From Macrostomum lignano (lineage: Eukaryota), in the NCBI GenBank assembly GCA_002269645.1, contig NIVC01000514.1, forward strand, positions 493,453 to 557,452: a stretch of 64,000 nt of DNA, in the 5' to 3' direction. Positions 36,858 to 50,900 of this stretch are shown here, piece by piece. Position 1 is the first letter of the stretch; each line of letters begins with the position of its first letter. Both the position numbers and the translations under genes were made by a program. Under the pieces are notes generated by a model that had not been told where the DNA came from, ran no database searches, and saw only the letters and a list, made by a program, of their open reading frames with translations.

Positions 36858-39784
36858 GCGGGGCTGAGCGGCTGTTCGAAGGGAAGTTTTTGACTTAGCA
36901 ACTCGATGGAGCCTCAGGTGTCTTGCTGATGCTGCGGCAGAAGATCCGGAAGTCGGAGACCCACAATCAGTTTAAGTATTTAAAATTTTAATTAATGACT
37001 GGGTGACTGAGTTTAGAATTAATAATTAACTAGTTAATATTTTATTCTAATATTTATTTCATAATATTCTATTTTCTATATTTCTTATTCATAGGAAATG
37101 GCCATGGAATGAGATAAGAGCAATAATTTTTTAACGATATCTATTAAATATCAACCAAATTTTCCAAAACCTTCTTTCCACATACCATAAAACAAACCAA
37201 TATTATTGCACAAAATTACTCTCTCTATTTTTCAGTGCAACAGATATCAAGAGATCCACTAGCTTTAATTTTTAAGCTAGTGGATCTACCATTAAAAAGA
37301 ACTTCATTGGTTAATATGTGAAAAAAATATATATTTGAAAAAACAGTTCTTAAGGTTTTTGTGCTATTCAAAATTTTATTCATAGAAAAATTATAAAAGG
37401 AAAACTTAAAGCCTTTTAAATTTAAGAGTGACTGATTAGTGCATTATATTTATATGAGAGTTGAGATCAGCAACAATACATTTATACATTTTTATTTAGT
37501 AATATGTATGTAAATGGTTAAGCTGTCAGTGCAATCGAATTGACTACTTATTAAAATTTTATAAATCTACTTCAATCTAAAATCTGAAGAATCAAATTTG
37601 ATTATAATTAAATTGATATGAACGAAGGCCTATTTTTGTTGGACGGAAACCTATTTTAGTACTATATTATGGAATTTTAATGCCTAAGTTAAAGTAGATT
37701 CTCTATGACTATAGTCGTATAGAGATATTTTTAATGGACCAAGTCATAAAAATATGTTACGATCGAATAAATACAAGACGAAAAAGCAACAAACAGATAA
37801 TCCTAATAGTAGCATTAGCATTATTATAATATTTTCTGTATGACCTAAATTAGAATCATTTAATTTATAATTTCAAAATAGATACAAATCTTCAATGTAA
37901 AAAATTAGTTTTCAGAAACTAAATTAAACGAACAATTGACTGTAGCAATCAAGTATTTTTAGTTCATAAAATTCCGTTAGATTTTGTTGTAGAAGTGCAG
38001 TTTTAAAATGGTATTTTCTTTTTTAAAGATTCTACTTTGTCTAGTATTATACAGTTAAAAATATTTTGTTTTACTAAAAAGATTTCCGGAGATCACAACA
38101 CGTTTCCCATTCGAAAAAACTACCCAATGTTACTCTTTAAATCTAACTTGCTGTGCTTTTTAGTGTAGTTAATTCATGATTTAGACGATTCGTAAATTAG
38201 GGTTTCTAAAAGAATTTCCAGTACTTCGTTACCAACACACCAAAAATCTTCGTAATTTGCAAACGTAATAATTGTATTTAAATAAGTCCAATGCAAGTCG
38301 TGATGAGGGACAATTAGGGACAATTATGTAAACTTAAGCTCATAAGGTGGAGTCCCTAATTATCCCTTGCTTGTTCTCTCCTATCCCAGGTCTAATTTTT
38401 GTCACTTTGCCAAATCCAGCTTCCTTGTTTCACTGTTAGCGGAATGGCGTACATCTATCATTGTGTACAATAGGTTACTCGGGCTCCACTTTATGAGCTG
38501 AAGTTGACAGGCCCTTCTGCTGAGAAGATTCATTTGAGTTAAAAATATGTTTCTAGCTGCTATGTATTGTGTGTATTTTGTGTACATGATTTAAGTGGTT
38601 TGAATTTATTTGAGTTGGCTCGCAACATGAAAATTTACATGTATGATTACCTTGAAGCCATTGAGACAATGAGCTTAGCTTTTATTAAAATTCGAGAATG
38701 AAAATGAATAACACAATATATTCAGCACATTTCCCATCGAATTATTGCACAAAAATTCACAGAACCAAAACAAAACGAACCCCTCTCAGAAAGGTTCGGC
38801 AGTGTATTATAATTTATTAGAACATCTTAGCTCGTAATTCAGCTGGTTAGACTCAGTGGTCGTGGCGGTGGCGCGAATTCGCGCCGACGCGAAAATGGCG
38901 CGAATACGCGAATTTTTCGAGGCTGGCGCGAAAAATTCGGATGGCTAATGGCGCGAAAATTTAGGGAAAAGATCCCCCTTTTTCGCCAGTTTTTTTTGTT
39001 TAGAACATTTAAACTCCAGGCACCCATTGGAATAGTTATGCTTCGTGGTGTTCTGTACCTCCATAACTATTTTTACCTTCATAGTCGCATGTGAATGTCT
39101 GAATTTATTGTTACTGAATAGGTTTTAAAAATACATTTAATGCTAAAGATTTCCGTTCCATTGAACTTTGCATGGTTGTGATTTTAAACTTATTTCCTGC
39201 CCACGAATTACTGTACATGCATGAGACAACGCAGCACTGGCTAGACTCTGGAGCTTCTTTTGTATTAGCTAGTAAACTAGCATAGAAGCCCATTAGCCTG
39301 TAAGACCACCCAAGAATAGAAGCTGTAGTTTAAAAAAAATAGCTTTTTGTTTTGAATGTTTGCGCCTTGTAGGAGATGACGAAAGAAGGCGTGAGTTCCC
39401 TGGGGAATTACCGGTAGCGTAGCATTACAGTTCCATTTCCCCATGAAACTACCAGTAGCATTAAAATTAGCGTTATCAATAGCATTAGCATTATCACTTT
39501 AAGCATTAGCTTTGGCATTCTAAGCATTAGCGTTAGCATTATTTGGCTTGGTTTGTCAAGAGGCCCATATGTTGATATCATTATCATGTATCTCTAGTTA
39601 TTGCTAGTTATGTCGTAGATGTAATCATTAATCCTGTGCTGGTGGTCATAGCTATGGAATGGAATCCTGTTATTATTGCACTCTCTATTTTCTACCACAG
39701 GCTATACAGCTACATCACAATACTATTTCTTCTCACTTTTCCAGCGACAGCGACATCAGCTGCACCTGCACTTTTATCCCTGAC

Positions 39785-42151
39785 ATGAGCAAGAGAGTTC
39801 CGTGGAATGATGATTGGCTTCAACACGCCGATAAAAATGGCGACAAAATCGGCATGTGGGCAAAAGTTCTTGAGGCTGGTAGCAACAAAGTGAACTGCAC
39901 ATGGTGCAACAAAGACTTTGTAGTTCACAGTGGCCTGACTAACCTAAAAAGCCACGGAGACTCCACCAAGCATAAGAAAATATCCTCTGCTTGGAGGAAT
40001 TGCGCTCCTCTGCTGGTCGTGAGCAAGGAGCAGGTCGAAGAAGCCAACTCGACTTCGAACATCGCGGCAAGCAGCGCTGTGAGGGTGGCCGAGATACGGT
40101 GCGTCACTAGAGTCGTGCTCAAGGCACGGAGCTTTGAGTCGGAATCCGACCTGGCTGAGGACCTCGCCGCAATTTGTCCGGACTCTAAGATCCCAGCCAA
40201 GATGCAGCTGCACGGCAGCAAGATCCGTTACATGCTGACGGACGCGCTGTTTCCCTATGTCCGAGAAACAGTGCTCCAAGAGCTTCGTACTTCCGACTGG
40301 TACTCGCTTCAAATCGACGAGGCTAACAAGGGAGCAAAGTATCTAGGCATTGTCGCTCGCTTTTTGCCAAGATCGTCACTGGGAGTAAAGATCGTTTGCA
40401 TTGACCTCCCCGAGCTGACTTCAACGACTGCTGAGCACATGGCATCTGCCGTCTGCCAGACAACTTCGGAGTGTGGACTTGAGAAGAGCAAATGCATCGC
40501 TGTCATGTCCGACAGCTGCAATGCAATGCGAGGTGCCAAGAGTGGCACCATTGTTCGGCTGTGCAACGACGGCTTTCCAAACTTGGTCGATTTGGGTGGC
40601 TGCTCCCTGCATCACGTGGCGAATGTGGCGAAGTACGCCTGTGGAGCCTCTGACCTTGGAGTGACTGCTGAACGGTTGGTCCGGGATGTCTACAGCCACT
40701 TCAAGTCGTGCCATTCTGAGCAAGCTCGGTTTGACTCCCTTGCTGAGAGCTTCACCCAGATCAAGAAGCTGGCATTTGTCCGACCCGTGGACACTCGCTG
40801 GCTCCAGGTGCTTCCCGTCGTGGAGCGGTTGCTTCATTTGTACCAGCCACTTGTGTCGTACTTCTCGGAGGTCAACGTGAAGACAGCCGGAAGCCATGCT
40901 GCGGAGATCAAGAAGATTCTGCGCGACCCCCAAGACGGAGTTTTTTCTGAACTTTCTGGCCGAAGTTTTGCAGCCTCTCCAGCGGTTTGAGCTCCTCTTT
41001 CAGCAGGAAGGAACTCAGATTCATTGCCTTCATTCCCAGCTGATGGACCTAGTTGAAGCGCTGGCTGCTCCGCTTCGTGCAGCCAACGAAGCTGCCTCAC
41101 CGACCATGGAAGGTAGATTTGAGAGCACAGACGCCACTGTTTGGCTCGCGCCCTTCAGCATTGGCATGGGTGAGCCAGCGAAAGCGAGTTTCGTGACCTC
41201 TCCGCTGAGGACCAGCAAGTGTGCCTTGCTGGCATGAAGGCCTTCTGCAAGTTGGCACTCAGAAGCTTAAGGAATATCTTCCGCTCGGCAACAAGGTTCT
41301 CGCTGCGTGCCAGATGCTGGACCCCAAGCAGCAGGGTCACAGCTCCTACGTGACCTGGGTAGGAACTCTGGCCGACGTCTGCCTCGCGTTTTCGCCGACT
41401 CCGAGATCGCAGCCTGGAGGTGGAGGCGCGTCTTCACCAGGAGGATGTGTCTACCTCTGCCCGTCGCGCGACGTCGTCGGCTTCTGGGAGTCCGTTTTGA
41501 ACGCTGAAATCGTCTCTGCTGATGAGACTAGTACGAGCACTCCTTGTTTTGCCATGGGAACGCTGAAGTTGAGCGGGTGTTCAGCCAACTGAGAGACACC
41601 ATCACGAAAGAAGCGGCAGAGCTTAAGCGCCGTTCACGGTCAAAGCTCTTACTGTCACCGATCGTGCCTGGATGTTCAGCAGTGGACTGCTGCGACGTTG
41701 CCCGTCACTCCGGCGCTTCAGAACATGTGTGCCAGCGCACATGCGGCATACCGTCAGCGGCTAAGGGACGAGTTGGCTGCCGAGGAACGGGAGCGGTCCC
41801 AGAAGCTGTCGGGATGGTGTTTTCCGAAGTCGCAGCCGAGAAGAAGGCAAGCAAGGAGCTGAGCACCTGCAGAACGAGACAGACGTCAAGGAGAAGGAGA
41901 TTGAACAAAAAATCAAGGAGAAGGCTGCAGCGCTCCAACTGCTTGACGAGGTTAGGCGGAAGACTGAAGAGAGGGACAGAGAGCTCGAAGTCCTTCGCAA
42001 GGAGCAGGAGCGCATTCGCAAGCGAAGGGAGCAAGAGGCGGAGCGAATCACTGAGGCGGTGATCAAGCGAAAGGCTGCGGAGATGGCCATTGTCAACCGA
42101 CTTCCTGAAGACATTGCGAAGAAGAAGTTCCGACGTGACGGGCCAGTCTAG
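39785..42151 (+). mobile_element. Decayed hAT-superfamily DNA transposase (multiple frameshifts)
   Basis: Zinc finger CTWC...LKSH...KH; catalytic and signature motifs SLQIDE, VMSDSCNAMRG, GCSLH (CxxH), VDTRWL and CHGNAEVERVFSQL (hAT C-terminal/dimerisation region). The frame changes near 40930 and several times through 41100-41870. A final coiled-coil frame ends at TAG 42149-42151. TIRs and TSD were not identified. Confidence 0.88.
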
Positions 42152-43567
42152 CTCTGGCATTACTACCAATCCGGTGTCCACTATTGAACTGTGACACTTA
42201 TTGACAGTCTGAATAGACTCAACTATATTTTCCCCTGCCTATCTTGTTCTCTTCTTAACACGTTTGTTCAGGCGCCAATCGCCATCATTTTTTGTCGGCT
42301 GATAGTGATAGGGTAAGCCCTAGACTTCACTATATATTACTAAGGCAGAGGTCGGCACCCTTTTTGCCTGAAGAGTGAAGATCCGAGTAAGAGATAGAAG
42401 ATCTGCATGTACTAAACAAAATTAAAGAAATAGTAGGATAGTAGGATACTTTAGTAGTCCTTAATATGCATGTTACTTTTACTTACTTTTACTTAATGAC
42501 GACTTTAGTCGTCACTTTTCTTGTCTTGCAGCTATGTACAAAATTTGTACCTATGTATAATCTACTTATACCTACTTATATCTACTTATACCTATGTACA
42601 AATACCATTTTGTTTAATATCACTACATACCAGTCATTAAATACACGAAACGTTTCCCTAACGTGAAGTTGGTTCAATATGTTTGAATTCAAATTGTAGG
42701 AGCAAAACAAAATTCATTATTGCACTTTGACTATGACTTACACAGTTACACTGTCTGTTTAATTTTACAATCAAAACAATATTTGTGTTGCAAACTTATC
42801 TGTACCGCAGTTAGCATAAATTCTTATAATCAAAGTTGGGTATTCTTAGCTGGCATATACATGTAGATACCTATGGCGCGAAAGTCAGCCTGTCACCAGC
42901 GGCAATTGTAAAAACATCAGCAAAAGTGCAATAGGCAGTACAAGACAAATAGAGCTAGAGGCTTCGGAGCAGGCCAACTCAAACTGTTAATCGTTGACTG
43001 TGCGGCATGTGGGCTGCGGACTCACTGCGATTGAATTCGAGTACAGGGCAATCGGCTGCATCAAGAATCCTCACATCTGATATGCATCGGATTTAACGGA
43101 CATGAGCAGTGAGAACAGCCGACACAGCGAAACTGATAACGGAATAAAATTTGCGGAACTCGAGACAAAATGATAAATGTGCGCAGTCCATACAGAACCA
43201 GTAATACAATTATTTATCAGCATGAAGGCAGTTCAGCAAAGTCTTCTGGAGCCTCAGTGATAAGCAGGCAGTGCCTGGGACCAGACTAGAGCGGAGTGAG
43301 TAAACAGTAAAACACAATGAGAAAGAGATTCAGTTCAAAATGCAGACACGTTAAAATATTTGACCAGTAGATTAATATTCAGCATGTTACATGTAATGTA
43401 AAACTTCTGGCTACCAATAAAAAGCAGGAATTGAACGAACGGCGCCCGTGTGGGATTTTTATCCCCAGCCTGGTTTTGCTGCCCGCTGATTTTTAAAATA
43501 CGTTTCCTGTCTTGCTCTGGCCAGTAGCGAACTGATAGGGCTAAATTGCTCTGTGCATAAGCCCTAG

Positions 43568-44378
43568 CTGAACATTGCTCAGTGTACACAGGTGCTGACT
43601 GAACATTGCTCAGTGTACACAGGTGCTGAACATTGCTCAGTGTACACAGGTGCTGACTGAACATTGCTCAGTGTACACTGGTGCTGACTGAACATTGCTC
43701 AGTGTACACAGGTGCTGACTGAACATTGCTCAGTGTACACAGGTGCTGAACATTGCTCAGTGTACACAGGTGCTGACTGAACATTGCTCAGTGTACACAA
43801 GTGCTGACTGAACATTGCTCAGTGTACACAGGTGCTGACTGAACATTGCTCAGTGTACACAGGTGCTGACTGAACATTGCTCAGTGTACACAGGTGCTGA
43901 CTGAACATTGCTCAGTGTACACAGGTGCTGACTGAACATTGCTCAGTGTACACAGGTGCTGACTGAACATTTCTCAGTGTACACAAGTGCTGACTGAACA
44001 TTGCTCAGTGTACACAGGTGCTGACTGAACATTGCTCAGTGTACACAGGTGCTGACTGAACATTGCTCAGTGTACACAGGTGCTGACTGAACATTGCTCA
44101 GTGTACACAAGTGCTGACTGAACATTGCTCAGTGTACACAGGTGCTGACTGAACATTGCTCAGTGTACACAGGTGCTGACTGAACATTGCTCAGTGTACA
44201 CAGGTGCTGACTGAACATTGCTCAGTGTACACAGGTGCTGACTGAACATTGCTCAGTGTACACAGGTGCTGACTGAACATTGCTCAGTGTACACAGGTGC
44301 TGACTGAACATTGCTCAGTGTACACAGGTGCTGACTGAACATTGCTCAGTGTACACAAGTGCTGACTGAACATTGCTC
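43568..44378. repeat. Minisatellite, 31 bp unit gtgctgactgaacattgctcagtgtacacag
   Basis: About 26 near-identical copies, two with a 4 bp deletion. Confidence 0.97.
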
Positions 44379-44954
44379 AGACCCGTCACTCAGCAAAACC
44401 AGGACGGGCGGACCCTGCAGAGAGGAGAAACTGAGGAGCCAGAACGAATCGAGAAGCGCAACTCAAATAATTGGTCACACAGATGCAAATGAAAAGGGCA
44501 CTGCTTCACAGAAGAAGCAAGTATTTTCAATGCGCTCAATAAATGACCAGAGAGCAGGCAAAGGTTGAATGAGAGCAGAGGCCCAGAGAGCAACCACAGC
44601 AAGCCTAGTTGGACTTTACACAACATCATTATAAACATTTTAGCATTGCCAATTTCTATAAAGATACAAAAACGCACGGCGGCAAGATCAAAGAAAGAGT
44701 CGTCGGCGCGGTGACTAGCGGGGATAAGGGGTGGGGAATAAAGCGGGGCAATTGACAGCACAAGCGACAGGACTAGACTCACTACAAGCAGGAGCATTAA
44801 AAAAAGATGAAGCGAGCAGAAGCGATCCAGATTTTATCAGCGAAAAACTAAAAACAAGAAAAACAAAAATAAAATAATAAAAACTTCAAGTTTGACTAGA
44901 ACAGCTGGACAGGCGGGGCGGGGACTCGAGTCCGGGACCATGTCGCACCAGCCG

Positions 44955-47900
44955 TCACTTCAGCGCCAGGGCGGTGGTGGAGCGGCTGTGCTGGTGCTGC
45001 TGGGCAGCCGCTGACTGGCCGGCAGGCAGCCGCTGCCGCTGGGCGCCCTCGGGCAGCATGCGGACGCCGGGCACGGAGAAGATGGAGAGGGCTGCGGGCG
45101 GGAGTGGCCAGGATGGGGATGAGCTTCTCAAAGCTGAGCCTCAGAGAGTATTACTGTTATTAACATCAATACATATTGGCAAAGAGAGGCGCTAAATCTG
45201 CGGGAAACTCACTGGGCGGCAGGTCCTTCAGCGGCGCTGGCAGGCCATCGAAGTACGGATGCGCCAGGGCCTCGGCGGCTGTCAGCCGCTCCTCCGGGAA
45301 CAGCCGCAGGCAGGCCAGCACGAGGTCCTCGGCGTGCAGGATGGCCAGCAGGCGGGGCAGCAGCTTGTGCAGCCGGCAGCCGCGGTAGCGGGGCAGCGCC
45401 GGCGAGAAATTCGGCAGCTTCGACACGCCGGGCCACACAGACTCGCCAGGGGTGCCCATGATCTGCGGGCGGGCGGGGCGGCTGTGCTGGGACTGGCTGA
45501 CAGACTATGGGACTGGCTGACAGACTATGGGACTGGCTGACAGACTATGGGACTGGCTGACAGACTATGGGACTGGCTGACAGACTATGGGACTGGCTGA
45601 CAGACTATGGGACTGACTGACAGACTATGGGACTGGCTGACAGACTATGGGACTGGCTGAGCAAGCACAGACTTACCCTGAAGATGCGGTCCAGTTGATC
45701 CTCGGCATCGCGGACTCCGGGAAACAGCGGCGTCCCGCTGATCATCTCGGCGTGGATGCAGCCCACAGCCCACACGTCCAGAGTCGAGGAGTACTTGGTG
45801 CTGCCGAGCAGGACTTCCGGCGGCCGGTACCACAGCGTGACGATCTCGGAGCTGTAGGTCTTGCTGGGCACGGTCTGGGCGCGGGCCAGGCCGAAGTCTG
45901 CCAGCTTGAGCTCGCCGATGGCCGAGATCAGCAGGTTCTGCGGCTTCAGGTCTCGGTGAAGGATTTTCTGCTTATGACAGAACTCCAGGCCTCGGAGCAG
46001 TTGGAATAGAAACAGCTGTGGGGGAATGAGGAGTAATATGAGCCAGTGAGCTTGGGTCGGTGGCATCGAAGGAATCCGATTGGCTGGGAAGGCTGGGGTT
46101 GGTAGCAGCGAAATAATCCGATTGGTTGGGGAGGCTGGGGTAGGTGGCAGTGAAGGAATCCGATTGGCTGGGAAGGCTGGGGTGGTAGCAGTGAAGGAAT
46201 CCGATTGGCTGGGGAGGCTGTGGCAGTAAAGGAATCCGATTGGCTGGGGAGGCTGGGGTTGGTAGCAGTGAAGGAATCCGATTGGCTGGGAAGGCTGGGG
46301 TTGGTAGCAGTGAAGGAATCCGATTGGCTGGGGAGACTGTGGGAGTAAAGGAATCCGATTGGCTGGGAAGGCTGGGGTTGGTAGCAGTGAAGGAATCCGA
46401 TTGGCTGGGGAGACTGTGGGAGTAAAGGAATCCGATTGGCTGGGGAGGCTGGGGTTGGTAGCAGTGAAGGAATCCGATTGGCTGGGGAGGCTGTGGTACG
46501 AGTAGTAAAGGAATCCAATTGGCTGGGGAGGCTGTGGGAGTAAAGGAATCCGATTGGCTGGGGAGGCTGGGGTTGGTAGCAGTGAAGGAATCCGATTGGC
46601 TGGGAAGGCTGGGGTTGGTAGCAGTGAAGGAATCCGATTGGCTGGGGAGGCTGTGGGAGTAAAGGAATCCGATTGGCTGGGGAGGCTGGGATTGGTAGCA
46701 GTGAAGGAATCCGATTGGCTGGGGAGGCTGTCTGAATTTAGTTACGTAAATAAAATAATCAAACCAATCTACCAGCAGCCCTACCTTGACATTGTGAGAA
46801 CGCAGGCCTCCCGGATGCTTCTCCAAGTACTTGCTCAAATCCAGAGGCTGTAACCATAGTTGGAAGGCAATACAAAAAACTACAAGCAAGTCATAAAAAA
46901 CTCTGAGTTCTATAGAGTCCTATCAGGTAGCTTGTACTCACCACATATTCAAAGACAAAGGTAAGGCTGTTCTCGGTGTGAATAATATCGTGCAGGGTCA
47001 CAATGTTGGCATGCTTCAGGCCCTTGAGAAGCGAGGCTGCAGAGGCAGGGTTTGGAATGGCATCGCATACAGTTGCTAACAGTAAAGCTACAATGAAGGC
47101 TGCAGCGCTCACCCTCTCTGATTGCGGTGAACGGCGTGCCCTCCTCGTGCTGCAGCCGAATGTCCTTCAGCGCCACAATGGAGTTGGTGACGCTGCGCGG
47201 TGGAGGGGGTTTGAAATTCGTTAGCAGAGGGAGCTGCATGGCAGGCTGGAAGCCAGCTTTTATGAGCCTATCAAGTTAGATTTTAGGCTTAGAGAATGGC
47301 CAGCAAATATGAAGCCTGATAAGCTGCAAAGAGTCGTGCCGCTGACCTCTGAGCACCTTTCTCATTCTCAGTCAGTCAAGTGCACACTGCGCCTGGGGGT
47401 TGTCAATCATATCGGGTGTGCTGCTAGGAAAAGCTGCGCTCCCAAGACTTGAGAAGCCACCAGGCCCCACAAACTCATTGTGAGAAGCCACCAGGCCCCA
47501 CAAACTCACTGTGAGAAGCCACTTGGCCCAAGCACTCACTGTGAGAAGCCATCAGGCCCCACAAACTCACTGTGAGAAGCCACCAGGCCCTACAAACTCA
47601 CTGTGAGAAAACACCAAGCCCCACAAACTTATTGTGAGAAGCCACCAGGCCCCACAAACTCACTGTGAGAAGCCACCAGGCCCCACAAACTCACTGTGAG
47701 AAGCCCTTGTACACCGTAGCGTAGCTGCCCTCGCCCAGCGCCTCCAGCTTTTGGTAGGAGGCCGACCTGCCAAACGACAGGCCCTGCCGCATGGCCTGGC
47801 CGACACCGCCGATGCTGCTGCCGGCGCCGCCACCGGCGCCATAGTCCACGCCGTCAAAGAAGCCTTCAGATTTTGGCCTGTTGGCTTTCTTCTGCTTTTT

Positions 47901-50900
47901 AGTCAGCTGCTGTTGCTGCTGCTTCAGGCCGCGCATTGAGCTGGACGGCTGCAGGCCAGCGGCTGGCACTGCAGCGGCGGCTTCTGGCTGCTGTTGCGGC
48001 TGCTGCTGCGGCTGTTGCTGCTTGCTGGTCACATTGCCAGTGGAATGGTGACGCCGCATCAGACCGTTGCGTATGGAGAATGCTGGGAGTTGCAGCGGGG
48101 AGTGACAGCTTTCAGATCCCACAACCATTACAACCTGCCTGCCCAACCGGGATTGCAGCTGTTAAAAACGCAGGCAATACTACTCAAATCAGTAGGCCAA
48201 CTCACTCTTGAAGAACCGTTTCTGCTTCTCAATGTACTGGTCGCGCATTTCCTGCGTCAGCACTTTCTCCTGGCCGCCGCCCGCCGCCGCTGCTGACCCG
48301 GCCGCCCTGCCACCGCCCGGCGGATCGCCGCTGCCGCCGTTCGCCTGCGACACCTGCGGCGGAAAAGTGGGAGAAACATTCCAATTGGGAAATGGACTAT
48401 GGGAAAGGACTACGGAATTCCTTTTGAATACGGAATTTTATTCTAAAAAATCTCTCAACTAAGGAAAAGGTTTGAAAACTCCTAAATTGAAAATCGGGTT
48501 GTATATGGAGATCTAAAGAGCAGGGAAATCTCCCTAAATTGGGAAATGGATTATTCGAAATCTCCCAAATTGGACAATGGATTAACGAAATCTCCCTAAA
48601 TTGGGAAATGGATTATTTGAAATCTCCCAAATTGGACAATGGATTAACGAAATCTCCCTAAATTGGGAAATGGATTATTCGAAATCTCCCAAATTGGACA
48701 ATGGATTAACGAAATCTCCCTAAATTGGGAAATGGATTATTTGAAATCTCCCAAATTGGACAATGGATTAACGAAATCTCCCTAAATTGGGAAATGGATT
48801 CTTGGAAATCTCCTAAATTGGAAAATGGATTAATGAAATCTCCCAAATTGGACAATGGATTAACGAAATCTCCCTAAATTGGGAAATGGATTCTTGGAAA
48901 TCTCCTAAATTGGGAAATGGATTAATGAAATCTCCCAAATTGGACAATGGATTAACGAAATCTCCCTAAATTGGGAAATGGATTCTTTGAAATCTCCCAA
49001 ATTGGACAATGGATTAACGAAATCTCCCTAAATTGGGAAATGGATTCTTGGAAATCTCCTAAATTGGAAAATGGATTAATGAAATCTCCCAAATTGGACA
49101 ATGGATTAACGAAATCTCCCTAAATTGGGAAATGGATTCTTGGAAATCTCCTAAATTGGAAAATGGATTAATGAAATCTCCCAAATTGGACAATGGATTA
49201 ACGAAATCTCCCTAAATTGGGAAATGGATTCTTGGAAATCTCCTAAATTGGAAAATGGATTAATGAAATCTCCCAAATTGGACAATGGATTAATGAGTCT
49301 TCCCAAATTGGGAAATGGATTAATGAAATCTCCTAAATTAAGAAATGGATTAATGAAATCTCCTAAATTAAGAAATGGATTAATTGAAATCTCCTAAATT
49401 GGAAAATGGATTAATGAAATCTCCTAAATTGGGAAATGGATTATTGGAAATCTCCCAAATTGGACAATGGATTAATGAATCTTTCCAAATTGGGAAATGG
49501 ATTAATGAAATCTCCCCATATTAGGAAATGGATTCTTGGAAATCTCACAAATTGGACAATGGATTAATGAAATCTCCTAAATTGGGAAATGGATTATTGG
49601 AAATCTCCCAAATTGGACAATGGATTAACGAAATCTCCCTAAATTGGGAAATGGATTCTTGGAAATCTCTTAAATTGGAAAATGGATTAATGAAATCTCC
49701 CAAATTGGACAATGGATTAATGAGTCTTCCCAAATTGGGAAATGGATTAATGAGTCTTCCCAAATTGGGAAATGGATTAATGAAATCTCCCAAATTGGAC
49801 AATGGATTAATGAGTCTTCCCAAATTGGGAAATGGATTAATGAAATCTCCTAAATTAAGAAATGGATTAATGAAATCTCCTAAATTAAGAAATGGATTAA
49901 TTGAAATCTCCTAAATTGGAAAATGGATTAATGAAATCTCCTAAATTGGGAAATGGATTATTGGAAATCTCACAAATTGGACAATGGATTAATGAATCTT
50001 TCCAAATTGGGAAATGGATTAATGAAATCTCCCCATATTAGGAAATGGATTCTTGGAAATCTCACAAATTGGACAATGGATTAATGAATCTTTCCAAATT
50101 GGGAAATGGATTAATGAAATCTCCCCATATTAGGAAATGGATTCTTGGAAATCTCACAAATTGGACAATGGATTAATGAATCTTTCCAAATTGGGAAATG
50201 GATTAATGAAATCTCCCCATATTAGGAAATGGATTCTTGGAAATCTCACAAATTGGACAATGGATTAATGAATCTTTCCAAATTGGGAAATGGATTAATG
50301 AAATCTCCCCATATTAGGAAAGGATTCTTGGAAATCTCACAAATTGGACAATGGATTAATGAATCTTTCCAAATTGGGAAATGGATTAATGAAATCTCCC
50401 CATATTAGGAAATGGATTCTTGGAAATCTCCCAAATTGGACAATGGATTAATGAATCTTTCCAAATTGGGAAATGGATTAATGAAATCTCCCCATATTAG
50501 GAAATGGATTCTTGGAAATCTCACAAATTGGAAAATGGATTAATGAAATCTTCTAAATTGGGAAATGGATTAATGAAATCTCCTAAATTAAGAAATGGAT
50601 TCTTGGAAATCTCCTAAATTGGGAAATGGATTAATGAAATCTCCTAAATTGGGAAATGGATTCTTGGAAATCTCCTAAATTGGAAAATGGATTAATGAAA
50701 TCTCCCAAATTGGACAATGGATTAATGAGTCTTCCCAAATTGGGAAATGGATTAATGAAATCTCCTAAATTAAGAAATGGATTAATGAAATCTCCTAAAT
50801 TAAGAAATGGATTAATTGAAATCTCCTAAATTGGAAAATGGATTAATGAAATCTCCTAAATTGGGAAATGGATTATTGGAAATCTCACAAATTGGACAAT

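Noticed and set aside
38850-42900. Terminal inverted repeats for the hAT element
   Set aside because: Candidate ends (cagtggtcg... and ...gtcagcctg) share only CAG and have no flanking 8 bp duplication.
43568-44378. CRISPR-like array (31 bp partly palindromic repeats)
   Set aside because: The repeats are head-to-tail with no unique spacers, there are no cas genes, and the context is eukaryotic. The same applies to all other arrays.
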